DNA from: Felis catus
Taxonomy: Eukaryota
Direction: 5' to 3'
NCBI RefSeq assembly: GCF_018350175.1
Contig: NC_058376.1
Coordinates: forward strand, 4,650,001-4,714,000
Length of the DNA stretch: 64,000 nt
Part shown: piece after piece, positions 38,096-51,459 of the stretch
How positions within the stretch are numbered: position 1 is the first letter of the stretch
How the letters are laid out: every line of letters begins with the position of its first letter
Notes under the pieces: model-generated
Seen by the model: only the letters and a program-made list of their open reading frames with translations
Databases searched by the model: none
What the model was told of the DNA's origin: nothing
Made by a program: the position numbers and the translations under genes

Positions 38096-40234
38096 AATTG
38101 CATCCTGGAATCTAATGTGAGTACACACATCTCTCAAATGTTGGCTTCACTCTACTGAACTTTCTCCTACTGTCTCTCGTGTCTGCAGATCCGTGATGAA
38201 AACCAGAGCTACCCCAGGGGAGGAAAGCCACTAAAGACACAGCTGAGCCTCGAGTACGAGGTTCAGAGCATAGGGAGTGTGCTGCACATGCGTGTTCTGA
38301 GCACAGGGCAGGTGTGGGGACACCAGGTACGTGTCGCGACTACAGCCTGCAGTGTGAAGAAGACGGAGGGCTAAGGTTGCTATGCCACCCAGATACATTT
38401 TTTTACGTATTTTTAATACGCATTTGCACTTTCCAGAGATGCGAGCCAACCCGGGGAAGGTGACACTTTTGGGGGAGGGACAACTTTACCAAGATTCTTC
38501 GCCTGTTTGTTAAATCATGTCACCAACCCAAGCCGCTCTGGGGGTCTGAGTCCACTTCAACCCTCCTTCTCCCCCTCTGCACTGGCTGCTGCAAGGCCCC
38601 CGGGGATGCTCACAGCCTCATGTGCCCCCACCTCCCAGCCCTCCCACTGCAGCCGACCCAGAGTGTGCACAGACCAAGGTACCGACCACCTCTGTCCACA
38701 TGACCGCTTTCCATCCTCCCCGTACGGTCCCGGGGCGTCTAGACTTAACACATGCAGGTAAGCGATACTGCCTTTCCAATTTATTCAGGGCATTCCGAAA
38801 TACTTGCTAGAAAAAGGGAGTGTGCCAGGGCCGAAGGTTCAGGAACTGTTGACCTAGGAGCTTGATCTTGGACAAGTCTCTTGGCCTCCTGGGCCTCCTG
38901 TGCTACGTGAATAAAATCAAGGTCTGGACCAAGTCCAAGTCCTGCTCTAGGACGAAACAGTCCAGACTGAGCAGTTGGGGGCAGAGGATGTGGATGGACG
39001 GCCCATCAGAAGGGGAAAGGGCAGAGGGTAGCCCCCAGCCTCGTGCACACGCGCGTGTGCACACACATACGCCCCCCTGCTGCACGTCTGTGGCTACAGC
39101 AAAAGCTCTGGGGCACCCACAAGTCTTCTTCTGTCATAAACAGTCACTGGCTGGGAAGTTCGCCCCGGAATTTCAGTAACGACAGGTTCTCGGTGCACGG
39201 GGTCGTACACTAAGCCACAGGCTCTTCGAAGGACGGGCCCACGGGGTATCTGGTGGCCCCACGAGGCCTGCCTAGCACCTGCCACCACTGCTCTCCAGCT
39301 GTGCCTACAGAGGACCACATCTGTTGTGCCACCAAAATGGAGACCGAGTTGTGGCATCGGGAGAAGACAGGCGGGCACTTCTCCCACACGGGGCGACGTC
39401 TCCTGCCTTACTATCGACGCCCACAGTTTTCTGAAGCTTCCCAATTGTTATTTTCCCTCAACCAAAGCTGGGGAACAGAGACTGCGGACGAGGAAAGTGA
39501 GCAGGGAGGCATGTAGAGGACGGGCAGCAGGACACTGAATGTGGAAGCTCAGGGTCAGGCAACGGCTCACCAGCCTGAAGAGCCAACCGCATTCCCCTTA
39601 TTTGTTTTCTCTGTTTAAGGTTAAACTTTAGGGTCACAAAAAGAGACGTGAAATCGAAATGTGCATGGCATTTGGGCAGCAACGGCACCCAGAAGACGGC
39701 GACTCTGACCCCGTGGGCTCCTCTGGGGCCCAACGCTGCCACGAGGCCCTGGGGGCCGTCCCGGGAGCCCAGCGGGGGCTGCCCGATGCCATCCAGGCTC
39801 CACACTGTTCTCAGGTGCCTGCCCCGCAATGGCAGGCTGGGAGCCCTGTCCTCAGACTGAATGTTCTGTGCTCCTTTCTAAGCGAGTCACAGAAGTGGTC
39901 CCAGTGAACCACACCTTGACCACCATTGAACTTCGGGACAGCAAAGGTGGCCCTCCGAGCAAGCCCAGGCCGCGGCCCGGAACAGCCTCACGCTGACGCC
40001 TGACGCTCCCCTCCCGGCTCGAGCCCCCCCCACATCAGGACTAGAGGGGCTCGAGGACCGTCAGAGGACGGTGTGCTGTCTGCAAACCGGGTGTGACTAC
40101 AAAAAGGCCAGCTGACTCAGATTTTTATCAAGTCAATGCCAGGAGAAGGCACCACAGCTGATAGGAGAATCCTCCTATGGATTCCCCTGGAAGGAGTTCA
40201 TACCTGTGTGTACACGCATACCCAGACAAGTACA

Positions 40235-41850
40235 CGACTCACAGGAAAACACACAACCATATACTCACAGCGAGATCAACACATACACAACCGTATACAC
40301 ATATGCAAATATCTACATACACACAGATGTCTACACATGCACACAAAGGACCCACAACCATATGCACGTATGCAAGTATCTACATACACAGATGTCTACA
40401 CATGCACACAAAGGACCCACAACCATATGCACGTATGCAAATATCTACATACACACAGATGTCTACAAACACACACACAACCATATACACAAATACATAC
40501 ACAACCATACAAACGTATGCAGGTATCTACACATAACACAAAAACATATGCATACACATAAATATACAATAATCATAGACACATACAAATATGTACATAT
40601 ACACAAATGTCTACATATACACAATGATACACAGTCATATAGACACATAAACATACACACAACCATATACACATATGCACAGATATCTATACATATACAA
40701 ATATATACATATACTTACAACCATACACACATATGAATATACACACAACTATTTACACATCTACACAGATATCTGCACATATACACAAAGACAATCATAT
40801 ACACATACACAGATATCTACACATCTACATACCCACAGATATATACACAACCATATACACATATACACGAATATACAATCATATGCACAACTATACACAC
40901 GTATGTAGCTATCTACATTACAAATAAATATTTACATACACATAAATATACACACACACACAGATATCTATACATATACACAAATATATACATACACAGA
41001 TATACACACACCATATGCTCAAATATACACACAACCGTATACACATATGCACAGATATCTACACACATACAACCATATACACATACACAGATATCTGTGC
41101 ATCTATATACACACAACCACATACACATACCCACAGATATATACACAACTATATACACATATACATATATATAGAACCATACACACATACGCAGATATCT
41201 ACACACACAAATATTTAGATACATACAAATATACACACAATCATACACACACAATATCTACATATACACACATGTCTACACATACACACAACCATATATG
41301 CATACACAGATATCTACTAATACACACACAAATGGACATGCAACCATATACGTATACACACAAATAGATACACAACCATACACACGTATGCAATATCTAC
41401 ACATACACACAAATACGCACACAATTATATACAAATATCTACATATACAGATGTCTACAAATACAAATACACACAACCACACACACAGACGAGTACATAC
41501 AGAACCATATACCGATATCTACACCTACACAAATATATACACACAAATACAACCATATACACATACATACAAATATACACACCCATCTACACATACACAG
41601 ATATCTACACATATACATACACATAGATATATATACAACCATATACATATATACACAAATACACACAATCATACAAATGTCTATACATACACAGAAATAT
41701 GTACACACACACACAAATACACACACAGCCATATACACAAATGTCTACACAAATAGACGCATGCACACAGGTCTACATACACACAGATATCTAGGCATAC
41801 AAATATACACGCAGATGTCTACACAGACACACGAATACATACATACACAG
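40235..41850. repeat. ~1.6-kb degenerate (CA/TA)-rich tandem repeat
   Basis: Recurrent ACAACCATA and GATATCTAC/GATGTCTAC motifs in (CA)n/(TA)n spacers. Confidence 0.95.
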
Positions 41851-41960
41851 ATCCCCCTTTAAACAACACAGCCTTTCGGCTTCTCTTATGCCAGTGTCTG
41901 CTCAGTATTCACGCGGTGCCCCGAAACCCTGCCGCGCCCAGCCACGCGCCCGTCACTCAC

Positions 41961-42049
41961 CTCTCCGTGTCAAAGTACGAGTCTATGTAAGAATGCGGGG
42001 CACCTGCCACGGCGAAGTTGCTGCTGCCAGTGTCCACGAGAATCTGCAG
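41961..42049 (-). CDS. BACE2: BACE2 exon 2 (89 nt), LQILVDTGSSNFAVAGAPHSYIDSYFDTER; first catalytic Asp (DTG)
   Basis: Acceptor ttcaaaataaaag|CTGCAG, donor GAGAG|gtgagt; translated by hand (not in ORF track). Confidence 0.96.
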
Positions 42050-42245
42050 CTTTTATTTTGAAGGGAAAAAACAGAAACTATCAGGTTACTGGAAGAAGGC
42101 AACGCTCTCGAAGAATTCTTTCTAAAACTAAGCACCAAGAACAAGGTATTGCTTGGAAAAAAACTTGTATCAATGAGAAATTTGTGTTAAAAGTCGCTAT
42201 GAAATTGAAATCTGAACAGCCCATTAAGAAGCTAACAGCAGGGAG

Positions 42246-42465
42246 GGGCACCTGGGGGGGCTCAGTCGGTTAAGCGTCCGACTTCGGCTCAGGTCATGAT
42301 CTCACAGTTTGCGGGTTCAAGCCCCGTGTCGGGCTCTGTGCTGACGTCTCAGAGCCCGGAGCCTGCTTTGGATTCTGTCTCCCTCTCTTTCTGACCCTCC
42401 CCCACTCACACTCTGTGTGTGTGTCTCTCTCTCTCTCTCTCTCGAAAATAAACATTAAAAAATAT
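42246..42465 (+). mobile_element. CanSINE, antisense to BACE2, ~200 nt upstream of the exon 2 acceptor
   Basis: Head, (GT)/(CT)n, tail. Confidence 0.93.
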
Positions 42466-42599
42466 TCTTTTAATACACAAACCTTAAAAAACAACTGCTA
42501 AAAAAAACATAAGCTATTGATGAGATAACCCAGGTGGGTAAGTATTTACCTAGAATTCTCTCAACACTTACACAGCTGCTCTGGAAAAAACCCTCAGTT

Positions 42600-43800
42600 T
42601 TGCCAAATCCAGTGTTTTCCACGCTTCTCTCACTTGACCCCCTCCCTCAGCAGAATCTTGCCCAGTCAGCCACCCTGTCCTGGAAATGCGGTCTTCGTTC
42701 TGGATTCCGGGACTCTACGCTCCCAGTTTTCCTCCGACTTCCTGCCTGCCCACTTCAGTCTCACTGCCGGGTGCCCCTCCTCTGCCCCGTGTGCAGGAGT
42801 CCCCCACAGGTTGGCCCTGCAACCGCCAGGCACCAGCCACACTCGCCCCGTGGCAACGACCTCATCAGTCTCACGGCTTTGCCCTCCACACGCCCGTGAC
42901 TCCCCTACATCTCCCACGCGGGCACCCCCAGGCCTTCCCCGCTCAACACCTCCACTTGGATGCCCAACAGCCATCTGTTAGGGGTCGAAATGTGTCCCCC
43001 AGAAAGTCACACCGTGGTCCTAACCCCCCAGAACCTGTGACTGTGACCTGACTTGGAAATAGGGTCTTTGCGGATGCCATTAAGATGAGGTCATTAGGGT
43101 GGCCGTCATCCGACAGGACTGCGGTCCTTACAAGAGGAAAACACCATGTGAAGATACAGACACACAGGAAGAAGGCCAGGGGACAGGGGCAGAGACTGGA
43201 CAGAGGCAGGTGCAGCCAAGGGGCACCAGAGACTAACGGCCACCACCGGCAGCCAGCAGACGCAAGGAAGGACTCGACCCAGAGTCCCAGAGGGAGGGCA
43301 GGCCGGCCGCCACCCTGACCTCAGACTTCTGGCCTCCAGACTGTGAGAGGAGGCATTTCTGTTTCGGACCACCCGGTCTGTGCTTCACGATGGCTGCCCC
43401 AGGAAACATACACACTGTCTCAAGTCTGACGTGTCCAGAAGCGAGCCCCCGGCACCCCCAGGCCTGCCGCGTCCATAGACTTTGTTTCCATTTTGTTAAC
43501 GGTGGCTCCGTCGCGTCAGCTCAGGCCAGACAGCGTGGCGACACCTTCACCGCTTCTCTCCCCCATGCCCCACATCCACACCCCCTCCTCCGGGCTGTAT
43601 TCCGTGCCTGCCCGTCTCTCATCACCTCTGCTGGGACCAATGTGGCCAGTGGCATGACCGTCTCCCGCCTTTCCCAACCAGCGTCCCCGTTTCCTGCCTT
43701 GGTCCGCTCCACCCAGTGGCCACCGTGAAGCTACAAAAGTGTAAGTCAGAGTGCACCACCCCCTGCCCTCCCTCGGCTCGAAAACCTCAGTCCTCGCACC
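42600..43800 (+). mobile_element. L2 remnant split by an LTR
   Basis: ..cacctccacttggatgcccaacagccatc | LTR | ..tcaagtctgacgtgtccagaa.. Confidence 0.65.
42976..43414 (+). mobile_element. MaLR solo LTR (MLT1C-like)
   Basis: tgttagggg..tgtgtccccc..ttggaaatagggtctttgcggatg..gacttctggcctccagactgtgag..ggaaacataca. Confidence 0.85.
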
Positions 43801-43914
43801 GGCTGCCAAGTCCCCGGCGCCCCGACTTCACTCCACCCCCACCATGCTGTTCCGTGGACATTCCAGACTGGGGCCGTCCCTGCCCCCCGACCTGCTGCCT
43901 GTGCCGAAGTGGAC

Positions 43915-44058
43915 TGCCCTCCCGGGCGGACCCGGAACGCGGCGTGCCCTCCTGGGGTGGGGGGGAACCGGGACACAGAGTGCCCTCCCGGGGGGACCCG
44001 GGACACAGCATGCCCTCCCGGGGGGACCCGGGACACAGAGTGCCCTCCCAGGGAACCC
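43915..44058. repeat. 30-bp GC-rich minisatellite, ~4.7 copies
   Basis: Unit tgccctcccggggggacccgggacacagag. Confidence 0.9.
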
Positions 44059-44224
44059 GCAGTGCACATCCCCCCATGTCCTCCAAGGCTTTACTCAACG
44101 GGCACCTCTCAATGTACCCTTCTGAATGGCACCTCCCTGCCTCTGCTGGGCACCCCCTTCCCTTCCTCCCTCTGCTCCCATGACGCTCATGCCCTCCTGC
44201 GGTAACAACAGCAATGGCAGGCAG

Positions 44225-44470
44225 CTAGCAGCACCTACTATGTGCCAAGGACTCAGCACCTACTATGTGCCAGGGACTCCTTACAGTGCTGCACAGACAC
44301 TAACGTGCTGAACCCTCACAAGGGCCTTCTGAGGGCAGCGTCAACACCCTTATTCACAGATAGGGCAAGCAGGTGCAGAGGGGCTGACCAACCTGGCCAC
44401 GCACGGGTGTGTGCGTGGCAGGGCCGGGTCTGAACCCACGCCGTCTTACTCCAAACACATTATTTTAACC
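44225..44470 (-). mobile_element. MIR with internal ~26-bp tandem duplication
   Basis: agcacctactatgtgcca..ggactc twice; cccttattcacagat-like core; tctgaaccc. Confidence 0.75.
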
Positions 44471-44524
44471 CACCTACCCACTTCCTGGCTCTAGGAGCTA
44501 CCCATTTCCCCTTCACCCCATTAG

Positions 44525-44635
44525 CGTGTGAGCTCTCAGGCAGGGTTATGTGCTATTTTGTTCGCTGCTCTGTCCCCGTGCCCGGAACGGGGCCAGGCAC
44601 AGAGGAGACGCTCAAGTATGTGTTGAGTGAACAGC
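44525..44635 (+). mobile_element. L2 3' end
   Basis: tgtgagctc..ttgttcgctgctctgtcccc..gctcaagtatgtgttgagtgaa. Confidence 0.75.
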
Positions 44636-45515
44636 TAAAGGATTCTCAAAGGTTAAAAAAAATCAAAGACACCAACTTTTCCTTTGAAAGACAATACAGA
44701 TTCGGGAAAAAATAAACAAGGTACAGTTGGGGCGCCTGAACGTGCTGTGGGCAGGCTCCGCGGAGGCCCCTGTTTTAGGCTGCCAGGCAGACAGCAATTC
44801 TGGCTCCCGCTTCCCGGATCGAAGTGCCCTGGCCTTCCCCTGCAGGAGGCTGTGGAAATGGCCGGGAGTAACGACCCGTCCTGGGAGCACCTGCCCTGGA
44901 GCTGTGGGCACAGCGAATGCACTGCCCACGTTTTCCCAAACAAGAGCCAATTCTGTGACCTCAGAGGGTGCCCTTCCCAGCACTGAAGATCCCATCCATG
45001 ACACTTGGCGGAATGGCGGACAGATCTGGGGCCTGAGGCCTGACGTGACTCTAAAACGTACTGAGTAAAGAGATGATAAAAATCACTCGATACGCCTTAA
45101 CTTTAGGAAGCGAATTCTGCCCTTCGTCTGCATCTACTAACACGGAGTCACTGGAAAAGGTGCAAAATCTCACTCCCCTACAGAGAGGAGATGTCAGACA
45201 GCCTGCAGTTTGAATAAAAATCATCTGGTTCCCCGTTCAAGCATGTGATGCCCAACAGCCCTGCGGCTGTCGCCAAGTCTGCGTGTACTTGGGCTGGACC
45301 GGAAAGGAGCCGCAAAGACCTCGCGTGCCTCCAGCAGTCAGGGCAGGTGCGCCCGGGGGAGGAGTTCGTGCGCAGGTCAGCCGGGAGGGCCGGATATTCC
45401 TACAGGGCAGAGCTCTCCGCTCCCACTCTCAGTGTCAGTGACTCAACACAACATGATCCTCAAAGCAGGCTTATCAGAATCTCTGTGCAGGTTTTTAAAA
45501 AGTCCCTTCACATTG

Positions 45516-45735
45516 GGGCACCTGGGTGGCTCAGTCAGTTAAGCGTCCGACTCCGGCTCAGGTCACGATCTCCAGGCTCATGTGCTGACAGCTCGGAGCC
45601 TGGAGCCTGCTTCCGATTCTGTCTCCCTCTCTCTCTGCCCCTCCCCCACTCGTGCTCGTGCTCTCGCTCTCTCTCTCTCAAAAATAAACGTAAAAAAAAT
45701 TTAAAAAATAAAATAATAATAAATAAATAAACGTA
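45516..45735 (+). mobile_element. CanSINE with internal deletion
   Basis: Head, (CT)n, tail. Confidence 0.9.
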
Positions 45736-45854
45736 AAAGCAATCCCCTCAAAATCAGTTCTTTTAAGACAGGAGCCCATCCCACATACGTCCGACTCAAT
45801 ACATTTTTCCTAATCCTATGGCTTCCCATGTCCCATTTCCATTTTGATCCTGTA

Positions 45855-46153
45855 GTTCACGTTTTCATGGAGGCCTCACACTCAGGATGGCTGATGAAAT
45901 CGTCGGCCGCTGGTGACTGGGTCAACCTCCAGCCCGTCTGCCCTCCCGAGGCGAGCCTGAACTCCCAACTCTCCTCCCAGGTTGGTTCCCCATCCCGAGA
46001 GCAAGCTCATTAACGTCACTCAGGTGCGGGCGGACGGGGGCTCGCTCTGAATAGCAGTCCTATCCCTGGGGGAGCTCCTCGGGTTTCAGGAGCTCTGCCA
46101 GGAACTGGACCAAGATCAAACACAGATTTCTTCTAGTAAGTCGCAGTATCACA
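45855..46153 (-). mobile_element. ERVL LTR fragment (MER21-like)
   Basis: Reverse complement begins tgtgatactg..agaaatctgtgtttgatcttggtccagttcctggcagagctcctgaaaccc. Confidence 0.65.
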
Positions 46154-46456
46154 TATGGCCAATGTGACAACAGCAAGGATGGCACCTTTACCCATCCTGG
46201 GAACGAACTGCCAAAATGCAACCTGTCAAGCACCAAGGCTTTTGTCCCAGCAGCAGACACTGGGTCCAAGCTGACACACGCTCAGCCGTGCAACACACGG
46301 GATCCCGCTTCCAGATTTAAATGGTTCCTAAGGACAAGAAGAGCTTCTCAAGTTGCTTGGAGGAAAGCAGCAGAGAAACAAAGGAGAAGGGTAAAACCCC
46401 AGGACTCCTTCATGAGGCCAATCGGGGAATTCGACACCTTTAAAATCAGGGAGTGA

Positions 46457-46650
46457 GGGGCGCCTGGGTGGCTCGGTCAGTGAAGCATCCGACTCTTGAT
46501 TTCAGCTCAGATCATGATCTCGTGGTTCACGGGTTCGAGCCCCACGTCAGGCTGTGCGCTGAAAGCGTGGACCCTGCTTGGATTCTCTCTCGGCCTCTCT
46601 CTCTGCCCCTCCCGTGCTCCTGCTCTCACGCCCTCTCAAATAAATAAAAG
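46457..46650 (+). mobile_element. CanSINE
   Basis: Head and tail. Confidence 0.9.
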
Positions 46651-47761
46651 AAGAAAGTGTGACAAGACATATCGATCACCCGAAAAATAAAACAAAACAA
46701 CAAAAAACAATTTCACAACAGTGAGGAATACTTCATCTGTCATTAAATCACAGACGAGAAAACTCTAGAATCCTGAACATGAGCATCCTTCCTGCCCACA
46801 CTCATGGTCGGTCAGGAAAAGCGTGCCATCTTTACGAGCGCTTCTGGGTCTCCAAGCACCCAGCCACCCAGCAGGAAAGGCCGGCTGCCTGGGGGCATCC
46901 CACCTCCACACCGAGTGCTTTTTCACAACAAGCGTGGTCAGAGGCACAATCGCCTAGGAGAATTTCTGGGTAGACATCCACCCCCCAACAGCCTCCGCAT
47001 CTTACCAGAACTTTCACACACCCCTGCGCTTACGTCTACCGCAACAAACAAAGCCCCACTTTGCAAAGGCAGGGGGACACGAAAGCAGAGAAAGCTGCAC
47101 CAGAATACAGACTCCGTTCTTTTCCACAGCCGACTCCTAACCGTCCAGGCATCTGGTACGACCCCCTCTTTCCCAGCGAGTTCAGCAGGGCTCAGCTTGC
47201 AAGAAAATTCAATTCGAGTCATGGCTCGGCAAAGCCGGCCACCTCAGTTGTTCCTGGAGCAAAGGATCGGAGGAGAGAAATCACCCCAATAAATGAGGCA
47301 GTCCAAAGTCAGGCAAGGGACGGATGTCCAGGGAAACCACCGTGGGTTTGTGTTTCAAGTAACGTCTCTGCACAGCAACAAGCTGACACTTTTTTCTGTG
47401 CGACGATGCTGGAGACAGACGTCGTGTGTGCTGACGTCCCGCCATAGCTCCCCTTTCGGGAGGAATCCAAGCCACAAAACAGATTTTCCTGTCTCCTTTT
47501 GTCATTCCCCACAATGACCACCTCAGGCATCCGCTAATCAGCTGACCTGTAGGGGTAAGAGCACACCTGGGAGAAGGAGCACCTGCCAAGAAGCTGCAGG
47601 GAGATCGAGATCAAACTCCTGATATGTGTGTGCAAAGTATTTAGGTTTTCTAGAAATGGCTGGGGGGGGGGGGGCTCACTTCATGTCCCAGGTGCTCTAC
47701 AAAATAACCACATGTTTACCTCTTAAATATCCAAGGGTAACCAATGTTAGAACAAGATGAT

Positions 47762-47965
47762 GGGGGCCCCTGGGTGGCTCAGTCGGTTAAGCATCTGACT
47801 TCGGCTCAGGTCATAGATATCACGGTTCATGGGTTCGAGCCGCGCGACGGGCTCTGGGCTGACAGCTCGGAGCCTGGAGCCTGCTTCGGATTCTGTGTCT
47901 CCCTCTCTCTCTGCCCCTCCCCTGCTCGCACTCTGTCTCTCTCAAAAATAAATAAACATTAAAAC
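47762..47965 (+). mobile_element. CanSINE
   Basis: Head and tail. Confidence 0.93.
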
Positions 47966-49639
47966 ATTTTTAAAGGAATTAAGACAAAAGCAGAGGTTTT
48001 GGTGCCCACCCATGTGCCCTGGTATTTACTGCAGCTTCCGGTACATTCTCTAAATGCAGCAGCAAAGACCCTTCAAGCATCCAGGGTGGCATGAAGTGCC
48101 AGGAAGTGAACACAGCATCGGACGGCCTGAGACCTCCACCTGCCGGCTCCTCACCTGGACAGCTGGACAGCGCGCTCTGCCGCCTCCCAGAAGTCCGGGC
48201 AGCCCCAGACCCAGCTGTTCCCTGCAGTCACGGGCTCCTCCCTGCCTCACAGCCTTGCCCCCACCAGTGTCTCAGGGCAGGGAGACACGCGAGAAGGGTG
48301 ACTCTGGCAAACCTTGCCTTATGTGCCCCAGAGACCAAATATGCTTAAACTCAGAGACCCTGAACGGAACGAAAGCCAAGTGTGGTCAGGAAAGCGAAGA
48401 GCCCTCCAAGATGACGACCCACGGGACCGTTCTACCACCAGCCGAAACCTACATCCAGCCTGTGCGTGTCTCCCACTGTCTGTCCCTCCTTAATCTTCTG
48501 CTGATGCATGGGGCAATCACCCTGCAGAAAGTCATTTGCTCGTCGCTGCAGGAGGGCAAAACATCGCGTTAAAGGAAAGAACTGGGTGACGCGTCCAGTT
48601 AGCGGTTAGCAGCTGGAGATCTCTCAGATATCACTGTCTCTTTTTCAGCAGGTTAATAGATAGGAAAATGAGCAGATCGTTTAAATAATGGCTCATTGAA
48701 CACAACGATTCCTAATTACATTAGCCGCCCATCTGCTGAAGTCGGCCGGCAAGCAGAACCCGCAAGCAGCGGCATTTTCCGGCCCAGCTACGCGGGCTGT
48801 TTGCCCACAGTTATTACGCGTGATGATAGGCGCTGATCTTGTTAACCAGGTTCTTTCTCTGCTTCGGTTCTGGAGATGAATCTCATTTACTTAAACACAT
48901 CTTGTTGCAGAAAGCAAAAATAATTGCCACGCACCATTTCTCCACAATCTAAAATTAAGGTTGTTTTATAAAGAACGGGGTGGGGGGGGGGAATCACTTT
49001 CACGGGGCCCCACTTAACACAAACAGATGTTACCGAACTCAGCTAAGAGGAGCTTGATTATACGATTTATTCAGGCTCTGCGCTCACGCACGCTTGGGCT
49101 TTCACTACTGCAACGAGGCTCCTACTAGAAAAACACACGTCAAGGGCCACATGGATTCCTCAGCTCCTTTTGGAGGAAAAAAACAAAACAAAACCAGCAG
49201 TGAAGGTTTTCCACAGGGTGCTCAGGGCTTGGCAGGTTAATTCTGGCCGTACAGGTGGAGGTTAGGAGCGCGGGATCTGGGGTGCGGGAGGGTTGATGCG
49301 GGGGTCCCTGTTTCCCTGTTTTAAGAACCGAAGTCAACCCAGATCAGACACGGCTGATCTCCTTCCGGACACAGGAGTTACGGCTCCCTCTGCAGTGAAA
49401 ACCCATCCCCGGGGTGGTTTTACCGCAGGGAGGGAGTGGTCCCTGAGTTTTGAAACTTTCCAGACACAACCCCCCCCCCCATAGCAAGACTGGAGAGGCG
49501 AAGGGTGGGGGAGATTTCATCACACATCCAGAGCCCGGGCCCTTAATGGTGTCCATTCATAGGCTGCTGGCTTCAGGTTCATTTTCTGCCAACGGTCCCA
49601 GGATTTGCTCTGCACTTACTCTAAAGCAGAGCAGCATGA

Positions 49640-49850
49640 CAATATAGTGGCTTCAGGGTCTGTGACGCCTGGATTTGGGCGCCGGCTTAGCCTCCTACTG
49701 GCTGGCTGTGGGGGCTCAGGTAAATGACACACCTTCTCCGGGCGTTGGCGTCCTCATCCACCCGTGAAGCGGAAGGCTAAAGGCTGCTGTTCTGAGGGGC
49801 ACCTGAGATCGTTCATGTGTGATGCGCCCAGAATTGTGCCCTGCTCACCG
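49640..49850 (+). mobile_element. MIR remnant
   Basis: tagtggcttcagg..cctggatttg..cctcatc..tgcccagaa-like. Confidence 0.5.
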
Positions 49851-51459
49851 GGATGTTTTAACTTCTCAAAGGGGTTGGAGCGACTCTGTCCGCCCTCGTC
49901 TGCGGGCTGACTTGCATCGCGGTGTATCAGCGCCGGAACTGGTACGGGGTCCCCAGCAGCCCTCCCCGGGGAGGGCACTGCGGCCACTCTCCTGCAGCAG
50001 GCGGTGCCCACATGAACGCGGCCATGTGCCAAAACACCGGGGTGGTGGCCCGGGCGCCAGGAGCACCCACACTCGGCTCAGACTCTAAACCCCAGGGCCA
50101 GCGAGGCCGCTTCACTCCACCAGTCCTTCTTCCACACTCGGTCCCCTGGGGGACTGGGACCCTCCACCTCCTTTCCTCTTCCCTCTGCCTCCATTTTCAC
50201 AAGTCTCTGTGTCCCGTATGTTCCACACGCTGGACCTTTCCTCAAGCTGTTCTGCTTCCTCTGCCTCCTTGGGTCACCCCAGCGGCTTCGATGCACTAGC
50301 CCTGAGCACAGAGCTCAATAAAGGTTTGCTGAGTCAATGAATGAGTGGTGCCGTCTGTACTCAGAGCTGGAGCCAGTTAATTTCCGCCCTCCGGATGGGT
50401 TTTCCTAGGGTCTGATGCCCTCGGGGCTTCGGGGGTTCCACTGGGCTCCCGGTTTCTCTCCCACAGCGCCTCTAGTGGCCGTTCTTACCCTCTGGGGCCA
50501 CCGCGGAGTGGAACTCACACTTGGGTGATGGGTGACGGGGGAGGGGGGCTGTGGCAGGACCCGCGGGGCCCGCGCCCCACCCTCAGCAGCCTGAACTGCC
50601 CTTCGCACCTCAACGCTAACCAGCAAAGGTGACGTTAGTGAACAAGATCCTGGTGAACAGCCTGCACAACTCTGAAGCTCCGAGTTCTTGCACACGCTTC
50701 TCCCAGCCAGCCCCCGGGAGCACAGGAGGGCAGGAGAGAGATGGGCTTTCCCGCTGATGGGAAGTCCACGTGCCCTGGCCCTGCCCCCACAAGGCAAAAG
50801 AACCGTCTAAGCACCTAGGGTCTCAAATACCCTTTTGTCCCCCCGTGGAAGACGCAATGGCGGTAGAGCGTGCGGGCGCTGCCCGGATTCCCCACTGCCC
50901 GGCTGCGAGAGGTCACCTGGCCTCTTCCCCCAAGACCACGCCCTTCCTGGGGACAGCCACAGATAATGACGAGTGACACTGGATAACAAAGGCCTGGCCA
51001 TGTCCGCCCAACTCGGGAGGGCTCTGCAGGGCCCTCCTAGCACCCGAGCGTCCCGGGGGGGGACAGTCGAGGCCACCTTTGGGCTTCATCGGCCCCCTCT
51101 GCCCACTCCTGCTTCCTCGGCCCCTCGTGGACCCTAAGAGCACTACCATGAACACCCGGCAGCTACACTCTGCTCAGAGCCTGCTCCCCAGAGCCCAGCC
51201 CACACCGGCCCTCTCGGCTGGACACGTGCTCCAGGAGCACTTCTCCAAGGGCTTCCCTCTGAACAGAACCTCAGTAGGTGCCTAAGCCTGGTTCGTAAGT
51301 GGGGAGTCTCCAAAGCAGAGGCCTGGGCCTGTCTCCCAAAGCAGAGAGAGCCAGATGCCTCCCCAAGCGTCAAAGGCCAGGGACTGAGGCCCCCCCCCAG
51401 TGAAGCGGTGAGATCTGGTCTCCACTTGGCCACTAGCGGGCTGCACAGTCACTTTTAAG

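Noticed and set aside
40136-41862. Many overlapping His/Thr/Tyr- and Cys/Val-rich ORFs
   Set aside because: Translations of the CA/TA repeat; low complexity and open in several frames on both strands
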